Below are positions 47,745 to 55,992 of a stretch of DNA of 64,000 bases, piece after piece. The position numbers were made by a program, and so were the translations under genes. This stretch comes from Bacteroidales bacterium (GTDB lineage: Bacteria; Bacteroidota; Bacteroidia; Bacteroidales; UBA12481), in contig JAGLDP010000117.1 in assembly GCA_023145515.1 (NCBI GenBank), positions 1,736 to 65,735 of the forward strand, in the 5' to 3' direction. Below the pieces are notes generated by a model that saw nothing but the letters and a program-made list of their open reading frames with translations, was not told the origin of the DNA and ran no database searches. Positions within the stretch are counted from its first letter, which is position 1, and every line of letters begins with the position of its first letter.

Positions 47745-47778
47745 CTAACGACAAACGAATAACGCTAACGACTAGCGA
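47745..47778. repeat. degenerate tandem repeat of about 7 bp (nTAACGA-like x5)
   Basis: ctaacga caaacga ataacgc taacga ctagcga. It fills most of the 55-nt gap between the convergent sulfatase and GNAT stops. Confidence 0.7.
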
Positions 47779-47781
47779 AAT

Positions 47782-48291
47782 CTAAAGCTCCCTGATATAA
47801 AATGCGTCGCAACTAAAATGTCCGGTTGCACCTAGAGGAGACTTAACTTGTCTGAAGTTGTACTGTTCATAGAGTGCACGAGCAGCATCCATGCGTTCAA
47901 GGGTTTCTAAATACATTTGTTTGTAGCCCATTTTCCTGGCCTCTGCAATGCACAGTTCCAGCATTTTTCTGCCCAGTCCTAGTCCTCGCACTTCAGGAAC
48001 ATAATACATTTTTACAAATTCACAGATTTCCAGTGATCCATTCAAAGGGGCTACTCCTCCACCTCCCACAATTTCTTGTGTTTCTGCATTAACCAGAGTA
48101 TAGTATTTTCTTCCCAACTGTTGATAGGCTTCATACATTGCCTGGGTTTCGGGGTCATTACAGGCAAAGCCATCTCCACTGGCACCGAATTCAAGCAGAC
48201 TATTAACAATAATATCTGTGAGTCTAGCATTGTCTTTCGGATCTATTGGCCGAATAATAAATATTCCTTGGCTGGTTTCTATTCTCATCAT
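47782..48291 (-). CDS. GNAT family N-acetyltransferase
   Basis: 169 aa. Acetyl-CoA binding motif VPEVRGLGLGRKMLE. Confidence 0.85.
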   Translation of the reverse strand: MMRIETSQGIFIIRPIDPKDNARLTDIIVNSLLEFGASGDGFACNDPETQAMYEAYQQLGRKYYTLVNAETQEIVGGGGVAPLNGSLEICEFVKMYYVPEVRGLGLGRKMLELCIAEARKMGYKQMYLETLERMDAARALYEQYNFRQVKSPLGATGHFSCDAFYIREL

Positions 48292-48341
48292 TGATATTCA
48301 AAGTAAAGATAAGACCGCTGTAAAAAAAAACTAGAAAATGG

Positions 48342-48402
48342 TCACCGAATCACTGAATCACCGAATCACCGAATCACCGATTCACTGAATCACTGAATCA
48401 CC
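48342..48402. repeat. 8-bp tandem array TCAC(C/T)GA(A/T), 7 full units plus a partial one
   Basis: Read directly: tcaccgaa tcactgaa tcaccgaa tcaccgaa tcaccgat tcactgaa tcactgaa tcacc. The last unit contains the PBP1A stop codon (tca at 48398-48400, which is TGA on the minus strand). The array lies about 50 nt upstream of the GNAT start. Confidence 0.95.
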
Positions 48403-50776
48403 TCTTCTTCTTAAACACAGACTTCAACCTTTCAAAAAACTTCTTCTTTTTCTCATCCTCCTGCTTCCGAACGGTCGGATCGCTGAGCCTTTTGGCTTTT
48501 GCGGTGTCTGATTTAACAAAGCCATCAAATAGCTTCTCTAGAAGCGTCATATTAGGATCTTCAAGAGAGTAATCAGGACAATCAAGTCTGGCGAGCAATT
48601 CATCAGATAAGGGCGGGAACTGTGCCATAGAAATGGAATCATAAGCCGGATCACGCTCAATTCTCTGCATAAAACGCGCAAAAATGGGTAATCCCGTATG
48701 AGCCCCTTGTCCTAATGCGGTAGTTCTGAAATGGATACCAGGATTATCGGCACCAACCCATGCTCCGGCAACAATAGCCGGATTATAACCTATAAACCAA
48801 CCGTCGGCATTGTCTTGAGTGGTACCGGTTTTACCTGCCAGGTCAGATTCTAATCCAAATAACCATCTGAGAGATTTGCCTGTGCCTCGCTCAACAACGC
48901 CACTCATGAGGTGAACCATTGCCCGGGCAGTTTCCTGTGTAAGAACAGAATCCGGAGATTCGTCAAGCACGCTCTCCCATAACAGGTTCCCCTGCCAATC
49001 TTCAATTTTCAACAAAACCACAGGCTCTACTGGCTGTCCAAGATTTGCAAATGAGGCATAAGCCCTCACCATTTCAAACAGAGATAAATCTGCCGTTCCC
49101 AAGGCAATTGAGGGCACCTCAGGAATAGTTGAAGAAATCCCCATGCGATGAGCAAGATCGATAACATGTTCAATTCCAACCTGATGTATAAGTTCAGCTG
49201 AAATAGTATTCACTGAATTCACCAAACCTCCTTTAACTGAATAATAACCCTCATGATTGCCATCTGAATTCTCTGGTGTCCAATCCTGATAATCCTCATA
49301 GGTTCTTAACTCATTGGATATAAACTCACAAGGATCAATCTCACCCGACAGAGCTGATGCATAAAGAAAAGGCTTAAACGTAGATCCCACTTGCCTAACA
49401 GCTTTCACATGATCATATTTAAAGGCCTGAAAATTTCTTCCACCAACCCAGGACTTTATATGTCCGGTTTTAGGATCCATAGCCATAAAACCGGCCTGTA
49501 ATGTTTTCAGGCTCTGTTTTATTGAATCTAAGGGAGAAATATTTTTCACTATTATACTTCCACTTTTCCAATCAAACACTCTGGTTTCAACAGACTTTTT
49601 GAGCTCATCAAGAGCTTTATCCTGATTCATCCCAGCAGCAATTACCTGCTTGTACCTCGCTGAAGATCGTATTGCTGAATTAAGGATATTAGGATTACCT
49701 GACCAAGGGGTTCTACCCGCCCAATGAGTTTCAAACTCTCGCTGAAGCTGATTGAGGTGAAAGTCAACTGCTGTATTTGCATAAGCTTGAAGTGTAGAAT
49801 CCAGAGTAGTGGTTATTAAAAGTCCATCTGTATATATATTATATTCATCTCCATAATTATCCTTAAGAATTTTTTGGATGCGTGGACGAATATGCTCCAG
49901 GAAATATGGAGAAGGGCCATTATTGTAATCCAGCTTCCGGTAGTTCAGTTTTATTGCCTGAGATTGATAAGCTCTGGCTTCTTCCTTGCTAAGCACTCCC
50001 TCAGAAGCCATTCTACCCAAAACTATATTTCTTCTTTGTAAAGATTTCTCTGGATTGACTCTTGGATTATATGCAGTATTTGCCGCAAGCATCCCAATTA
50101 GGGTAGCAGCTTCAGGGGGATTAAGGCTAGCAGATGGTTTTCCGAAAAATCGCTGTGAAGCCACCTCAATTCCATAAACATTATCACCAAAAGGCACAGT
50201 ATTCAGGTAAAGAGCAAGAATTTCATCTTTAGAATATATATTTTCTATCCGAGCAGAGATAAAGATTTCCCTAACCTTATTAACTGGTAATGTAAACTTA
50301 CCGAATCCTAGCCGGGGATAAAGGTTCCGGGCTAGCTGCTGACTAATTGTACTTCCACCACCCTGACTTCTGTTACCCAGTATTATACTTTTCACAAAAA
50401 CCCTGCCCAAGCTAATGAAATCTAATCCCTTATGCCGGAAAAACCTACTGTCTTCCGTTGATACTAATGCATCTTTAACATATTGTGAGATGTTCTCCTC
50501 ACGGATAGTCATCCGATTCTGAAAAAAGTATTTCCCAACAATTTTAGTGTCATGAGAATAAACAACAGTAGCCGAATTATTCCTTATCCGGCTAAGCTCA
50601 GATTTCGTTGGGATAGGTTTGAAAAGACCAAGATAAACTGCAAAAACAAAGAAAAAAACCAGGCAGGCCACAACAACACCTGATTTAAGTAAAAACAAAA
50701 TCAATTTTGTTTTCCCAGATTGCTTCTTGATTTTCTTTCGCGCAGCAGATTTCTTGGTTCGAGATTTCTTTGTCAT
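48398..50776 (-). CDS. mrcA: class A penicillin-binding protein (PBP1A; glycosyltransferase + transpeptidase)
   Basis: 792 aa. GT51 motifs EDSRFFRHKG and GGSTISQQL. Transpeptidase motifs STFKP, SVN and KTGTT. N-terminal TM anchor. Confidence 0.92.
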   Translation of the reverse strand: MTKKSRTKKSAARKKIKKQSGKTKLILFLLKSGVVVACLVFFFVFAVYLGLFKPIPTKSELSRIRNNSATVVYSHDTKIVGKYFFQNRMTIREENISQYVKDALVSTEDSRFFRHKGLDFISLGRVFVKSIILGNRSQGGGSTISQQLARNLYPRLGFGKFTLPVNKVREIFISARIENIYSKDEILALYLNTVPFGDNVYGIEVASQRFFGKPSASLNPPEAATLIGMLAANTAYNPRVNPEKSLQRRNIVLGRMASEGVLSKEEARAYQSQAIKLNYRKLDYNNGPSPYFLEHIRPRIQKILKDNYGDEYNIYTDGLLITTTLDSTLQAYANTAVDFHLNQLQREFETHWAGRTPWSGNPNILNSAIRSSARYKQVIAAGMNQDKALDELKKSVETRVFDWKSGSIIVKNISPLDSIKQSLKTLQAGFMAMDPKTGHIKSWVGGRNFQAFKYDHVKAVRQVGSTFKPFLYASALSGEIDPCEFISNELRTYEDYQDWTPENSDGNHEGYYSVKGGLVNSVNTISAELIHQVGIEHVIDLAHRMGISSTIPEVPSIALGTADLSLFEMVRAYASFANLGQPVEPVVLLKIEDWQGNLLWESVLDESPDSVLTQETARAMVHLMSGVVERGTGKSLRWLFGLESDLAGKTGTTQDNADGWFIGYNPAIVAGAWVGADNPGIHFRTTALGQGAHTGLPIFARFMQRIERDPAYDSISMAQFPPLSDELLARLDCPDYSLEDPNMTLLEKLFDGFVKSDTAKAKRLSDPTVRKQEDEKKKKFFERLKSVFKKKR

Positions 50777-50857
50777 TAAATTCAGTTCTGATAACCAAAA
50801 ATAATAAAATAAACATAGAGACCGATGCGCGAACCGGCCCCTATAATATCATACATG

Positions 50858-53800
50858 TTATTTCCAAGCAGGAAGTCTCCCCGGTGTCAAGGGTGCGCCA
50901 ACATCACCCATCTTCTTATCCATGGCTTCAAATTCTAATAATAATGCCTTAGCTTTGCTATAAATTGGTGTAAATAACTCACTTGCGATCTCATACTGTT
51001 GCCTGGCACTTCCTGGTATATCAGAAAAATTACCATACAAGCCATAGAGTGCTGTTCCAGCTCTGGAAGAAAGTCCTACATCAGCATCCATATCCAGGCT
51101 ACTCAAATCACGATCTCCGTTGAGCATAAGCTGAACATATTTTAGCTTATCTTCCAAAGCTCTGACTTCAGCTAGCAAGTCAGCTGCCTCCTGTCCTCTG
51201 AAGACTTTGGTAGCTGCTTTCCAAGGGGCAATCTTCTTCTGCATCTCACGAATAGATCCTGAAACAGCTCCAATAACACCACTTAATTCAATGGCTTTCT
51301 TTTTGAAAGCAAGCAGTTCATTTCGGTCTTTAGCTGGCAAAGTAATATTGCTAAGCGATTTGATCTCAAACTCCACAAACCCCACTAAGTCAGTGACTAC
51401 TCCTTTTTCATTTTTAGCCATACTCACCATGTATCTACCAGGCACTACTTCAATTCCAGATGATGACAAGCCCTTAGTTTCAGATGCATCACTTGCGCTC
51501 ACCGAAAAAGTGGCTGGATACTGCATATCCCAGGTAATCTTATTAAGTCCTTTTTTCAAACCTGTTCTCAATTCCCGAACAAAATCTCCCTTTTCATCAG
51601 TAATTGTAAAAATCAAATACGAAGGAAGCTCATCCTTTTCGGCCTTCCACTGTTCCAATGTAGGATATCCAAACTCCTCACCGTCCTTGAACTTTTTCTT
51701 TTCTGCCTTCTGCCTTTCTGCCTTTAGTGTAGTCACCCCCTCTTTTACCCAATACTTAATTACGACACCATACTCCGGGTTTGGAGCGCTGAAATAATCT
51801 TCACCCTGAAAACCTTTCTGGCGACTACCAAGTCCGCCCAGCGGTCTCCATCTGTTGAACATCTTTGTCTCTTTTATGGCAAAAATATGTCCGTCCTTTT
51901 TTTGTAAATCCGGCGATATTTCTCTGAGAGCTGAATAATTATCGAGGATATAGAAACCACGACCAAATGTTGCAAGCACCAGATCATTTTCTCTTTCCTG
52001 GATTGCCATATCACGAACATTAATGGTTGGTAGGCCAGCCTTCAGCCTTTTCCAGACCTCTCCACCATTCAGTGTAACATAAACTCCATATTCAGTACCA
52101 GCAAAAAGAATCTTAGCATTCACATGATCCTGTTCCAGAGCATAAACTGCACCTTCTGGTAAATCAGAACTTATGTTGGTCCAGGTACTACCTTTATCCA
52201 TACTCTTATACACATAGGGTGTAAAATCACCACTCTTATGATTGTTGAAAGCGGCATAAACTACATTAACATCATGCTTATCGGCAATCAGATCGTACAC
52301 ATAAGTATTCTCAGGCACCCCTTCAAAATTATTAACCTGGCGCCAGTTTTTACCATCATCTTCAGTAACACTAATCTGACCATCGTCAGTACCTGCATAG
52401 AGTAATCCAGCCTGTATTCTCGACTCATCCAGAGACACAACAGCACCATAGCGAGAGGTTGATCCATTCTTAGAGACAGCATCCATTGGCCAAACCTTAC
52501 CCATAATTGGCAGAAGATTCCGGTCAATATTCTGATCAAGGTCTCCACTAATCACTATCCATGAATCTCCACGGTCAGTTGTCTTAAACACTTTATTAGA
52601 TGCAAAATACAGGGTTTTATTATCATGAGGACTAACGAGAACAGGAGAGTCCCAGTTCCAGTTATACGCTTTCTCATTCATCAGCTCAGCAGGTTGAATC
52701 ATTCGTGATTCCCCACTCTTTTTATCAAATCTAACCAGATTTCCGTGCTGCGATTGAGCATAAATAATATTAGGATCCTTAGGGTCGGCAACAGATTCAA
52801 AACCATCACCAGTAACAGTAACAGGCCAATCGGCAGATACAATTCCATGAGCACTAAGCGTTTGCGACGGGCCAACCATACTGTAGTTATCCTGAGTTCC
52901 ACCCATTACATTATAAAATGGATAGTCATTATCAACACCAACCTTATAGAATTGAGTAACAGGTAGGTTAGTGAAATACCTCCACGTTTTTCCATTATCA
53001 TAGGTCTCATACAATCCTCCATCTGATCCTTCACGATGGTGCATAGGATTGTCAGGATTAATCCATAAGCAGTGGTTATCAATGTGCTTACTTGCTTCAC
53101 CACGATTTGTGAAAGTCTTTCCACCATCTACTGACACCAGAGTATAAGTATTCATGATGAAAACCCTATCAGGATCAACAGGATCTGCAATTACTTCCTG
53201 ATAATAATTCCCACTTGTAGTTGTACTACTCATTTTATTCCAGAAAGCACCCCTATTAGTACTTTTATAGAATCCTCCACCCGGACCTTCAACACAGGCA
53301 TAGATAATTTCAGGATCTACAGGAGAGATATCCATCCCTATCCGCCCCTTATCTCCACCTGGCAGTCCTTTGTTTATCTTCATCCAGCTTTTTCCAGCAT
53401 CTGTAGATTTATATATCCCAGATTCGGGTCCGCCGCCAAGATAAGTCCACTGCCTTCTTCTACGCTGATGAGCAGTTGCATAAATAACGTCAGGATTACG
53501 AGGATCAAAATGGACTTCATTTACTCCGGTATGCTCACTAATTTCCAGCACTTTATTCCATGTATCCCCTCCGTCAGTTGATTTATACACTCCACGATCA
53601 CCACCTGCACTCCAAACCGGACCATAAGCTGCAACATAGATTGTTTCTGAACACCTGGGATCAACGATAATCATTCCAATGTGTTCTGACTCTTTCAATC
53701 CCATGTTTTTCCAGGATTTACCCCCATCAACAGACTTATAAATACCATCTCCGTATGAAACACTTCTCTGATTATTATTTTCACCACTTCCAACCCATAC

Positions 53801-54127
53801 TACATTAGAGTTATTGGGATCTAAGGTCACGCATCCGATAGAATATGAACCCTCGTTCTCAAAAACAGGATCGAAAGTAAGTCCGCTATTAGTGGTTTTC
53901 CATACCCCACCAGCTGCAGCAGCTACGTAGAACTCACTATAGTTATTAGGATTCACCGCCAAATCAGAAATTCTACCTGAAGTAAGAGCCGGACCTATCC
54001 CTCTGAACTTAAATGAACTCAGAGAAATATCTGCTTTCTTACTTTTCTTTTTTTGCGCATTCGCCTGAGGCATAGCCACAAACAAGGCTAGTGCCGTAAA
54101 AATAATTATCGACTTTATTGTTCTCAT
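50858..54127 (-). CDS. BNR/Sortilin (VPS10)-type beta-propeller repeat protein, secreted
   Basis: 1089 aa with a signal peptide. Many S/T-x-D-x-G-x-T/S-W repeats (SVDGGKSWKN, STDGGDTWNK, STDAGKSWMK, SVDGGKTF, TYDNGKTWRY, TTDRGDSW, TEDDGKNWRQ, SMDKGSTWTN). Confidence 0.8.
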   Translation of the reverse strand: MRTIKSIIIFTALALFVAMPQANAQKKKSKKADISLSSFKFRGIGPALTSGRISDLAVNPNNYSEFYVAAAAGGVWKTTNSGLTFDPVFENEGSYSIGCVTLDPNNSNVVWVGSGENNNQRSVSYGDGIYKSVDGGKSWKNMGLKESEHIGMIIVDPRCSETIYVAAYGPVWSAGGDRGVYKSTDGGDTWNKVLEISEHTGVNEVHFDPRNPDVIYATAHQRRRRQWTYLGGGPESGIYKSTDAGKSWMKINKGLPGGDKGRIGMDISPVDPEIIYACVEGPGGGFYKSTNRGAFWNKMSSTTTSGNYYQEVIADPVDPDRVFIMNTYTLVSVDGGKTFTNRGEASKHIDNHCLWINPDNPMHHREGSDGGLYETYDNGKTWRYFTNLPVTQFYKVGVDNDYPFYNVMGGTQDNYSMVGPSQTLSAHGIVSADWPVTVTGDGFESVADPKDPNIIYAQSQHGNLVRFDKKSGESRMIQPAELMNEKAYNWNWDSPVLVSPHDNKTLYFASNKVFKTTDRGDSWIVISGDLDQNIDRNLLPIMGKVWPMDAVSKNGSTSRYGAVVSLDESRIQAGLLYAGTDDGQISVTEDDGKNWRQVNNFEGVPENTYVYDLIADKHDVNVVYAAFNNHKSGDFTPYVYKSMDKGSTWTNISSDLPEGAVYALEQDHVNAKILFAGTEYGVYVTLNGGEVWKRLKAGLPTINVRDMAIQERENDLVLATFGRGFYILDNYSALREISPDLQKKDGHIFAIKETKMFNRWRPLGGLGSRQKGFQGEDYFSAPNPEYGVVIKYWVKEGVTTLKAERQKAEKKKFKDGEEFGYPTLEQWKAEKDELPSYLIFTITDEKGDFVRELRTGLKKGLNKITWDMQYPATFSVSASDASETKGLSSSGIEVVPGRYMVSMAKNEKGVVTDLVGFVEFEIKSLSNITLPAKDRNELLAFKKKAIELSGVIGAVSGSIREMQKKIAPWKAATKVFRGQEAADLLAEVRALEDKLKYVQLMLNGDRDLSSLDMDADVGLSSRAGTALYGLYGNFSDIPGSARQQYEIASELFTPIYSKAKALLLEFEAMDKKMGDVGAPLTPGRLPAWK

Positions 54128-54144
54128 AGTGCTGGATCAATGTA

Positions 54145-54168
54145 GATTAGTGGATTAGTGGATTAGTG
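54145..54168. repeat. 8-bp tandem repeat GATTAGTG x3
   Basis: Read directly: gattagtg gattagtg gattagtg. It lies in the 47-nt gap between the M14 stop (54175) and the BNR/VPS10 start (54127). Confidence 0.9.
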
Positions 54169-54174
54169 TAATGT

Positions 54175-55986
54175 CTACTTCAGAGTTAATTCGGCACTGA
54201 CCACCCCACCCTTTACGCTATCATAAGATATCTTCACTTTTCCACTACCCTTTACCAGATACTGTAATGTGCGAGTAGTTTTTCCGGGGTTACCATTTCG
54301 GATCAATAAGCGATCTAACTGTTTCTGATCAATCAAATTGGTAACTTCGTTTGTATATTTCTGTGTTTGCTTACTAGTAATCCAACTAGCTGAAATAATA
54401 TCCGCTTTTCCATCAAGAGTAATCAGATCAGGACGAACAACATTATTTCCTGCAGCTCTTTCAGTTATCGTTGGAGCCACTTTAGGATTAGTAAAATCTA
54501 TCCATATCTGGTAAGTATTTTTACCGATCTTTTTCACAGATGTTTCACCAATCTCCATTTTAGGCATTTCATCTGCCTGATACAGAGTAAAAGCCATATT
54601 ACGATGGCACAATTCCTCATTCATAAATCGGGGTGGTAAGCGTCCACGCATCTTTTTCCATCTGCCACCCATCTCAACCATTCCGTAATCCGGGTGATCA
54701 AACTCTTTCCAGTCGACGTATTCATCGCCAAACTCAAGATGATCATCAAAGAAAAAACTTCCTGTTGAACGTGAAATCGGACTATTAGGATCCTGGGTCT
54801 GCTTTTGCAAATCCGGACTAGTATAGTATTGGCTACCTGACCATAATTCATTTGAGAAAGTCATAATCCCCAGGCCATCACTTGTCCAGTCAACAAATCC
54901 TCCATGTACCGTGTACAGTCCACTCCATATCACTATGTATCGATAAAATGGCAGCATTCTTTCGCCATTTTTACCCAGCTCATCATAAGCTCTTACATCT
55001 GATGACGGATACTCTCCACTCTCTTCTGCACATGGTCCTCTTAGAATCATACCTCCTGAGTTATGATAAGCCTGAGCACCCGCTATATTCGGATGAGCAA
55101 CAAGGAAATCATTAACGGCTCTTGTCTCAGGTAGTTGAAAAGGATATTCCATGGCACCTCCCTGTATATAGTTGGGTTGCCAATCAATTGGCCAGTTTCG
55201 GTTGGGATCGTAACTACCAGGGCCATCTTCATTTACCTTGCCATCACTATCATCATCTATTCCTTCAGAACCCAGAAGAATATAATCACCTGTTTCACCA
55301 AAAGGAACGGGTTCCATAATTCTTGGATCAACCCGACTAATACGGTAATTACCCTCACCTGGCACATATTTACGTATTTGCTCAATCACACCGTTCCCGT
55401 TGAGATCATTTGGTCCGTCTTCTTCATACAAACCATCATTATCACTATCTACCGGAACATGTCCTGTTCTTGAACCACCGCCAGTACCCTCCATGAAATA
55501 TTGTCGTCCATCAGGATTAACCACCGGGAAAATATAAAATACTCTTTCATCAACAAGCCTGGTAACCTTTTCAATCCGGCCATAATTCTCCATCAGGTAC
55601 CATATTGTGTACAGACAAACTTCACCTCCCTGAATTTCGTTACCATGAATATTGGCATCAATATACATTGCAGCCTTTGATAATTCCTTTCCGGTTTTCG
55701 GATTATTTATCTTCATTACCATGATGTCTAACCCATTATAGCTCTTCCCTATAGATTCCATTTCCAGGAATTCAGGGAAAGCTTTTTCTAATCTGGCCAT
55801 ATCATCATATAGCTCATGCACATCATGCCATCGGTTAAAATCCAGCTTTACTTTAAATGCAGGATCAGATGCATAAGTTTGACCGTTAAGCACCTGTGGT
55901 AAACCAATCATAGCCAGAAGCAAAAGCACTGAACTGGCCAACAGAGATAGTCTTTTTGTCATCATTCTTTGCGTTTTCATGTTCAA
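54175..55986 (-). CDS. M14 family zinc carboxypeptidase-like protein (catalytic residues intact) with Asp-rich calcium-type inserts
   Basis: 603 aa with a signal peptide. HGNE (HxxE zinc site), VVNPDGR, DPNRNW, AYHNSGG (third ligand His) and TFSNELW (catalytic Glu). Inserts DSDNDGLYEEDGPNDLNGNG and DDDSDGKVNEDG. Confidence 0.85.
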   Translation of the reverse strand: MNMKTQRMMTKRLSLLASSVLLLLAMIGLPQVLNGQTYASDPAFKVKLDFNRWHDVHELYDDMARLEKAFPEFLEMESIGKSYNGLDIMVMKINNPKTGKELSKAAMYIDANIHGNEIQGGEVCLYTIWYLMENYGRIEKVTRLVDERVFYIFPVVNPDGRQYFMEGTGGGSRTGHVPVDSDNDGLYEEDGPNDLNGNGVIEQIRKYVPGEGNYRISRVDPRIMEPVPFGETGDYILLGSEGIDDDSDGKVNEDGPGSYDPNRNWPIDWQPNYIQGGAMEYPFQLPETRAVNDFLVAHPNIAGAQAYHNSGGMILRGPCAEESGEYPSSDVRAYDELGKNGERMLPFYRYIVIWSGLYTVHGGFVDWTSDGLGIMTFSNELWSGSQYYTSPDLQKQTQDPNSPISRSTGSFFFDDHLEFGDEYVDWKEFDHPDYGMVEMGGRWKKMRGRLPPRFMNEELCHRNMAFTLYQADEMPKMEIGETSVKKIGKNTYQIWIDFTNPKVAPTITERAAGNNVVRPDLITLDGKADIISASWITSKQTQKYTNEVTNLIDQKQLDRLLIRNGNPGKTTRTLQYLVKGSGKVKISYDSVKGGVVSAELTLK

Positions 55987-55992
55987 TACTTC

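Noticed and set aside
51207-51797. 196-aa plus-strand ORF antisense to the BNR/VPS10 gene
   Set aside because: The translation is Ser/Phe/Pro-rich low complexity and lies fully within a strongly supported 1089-aa gene on the other strand.
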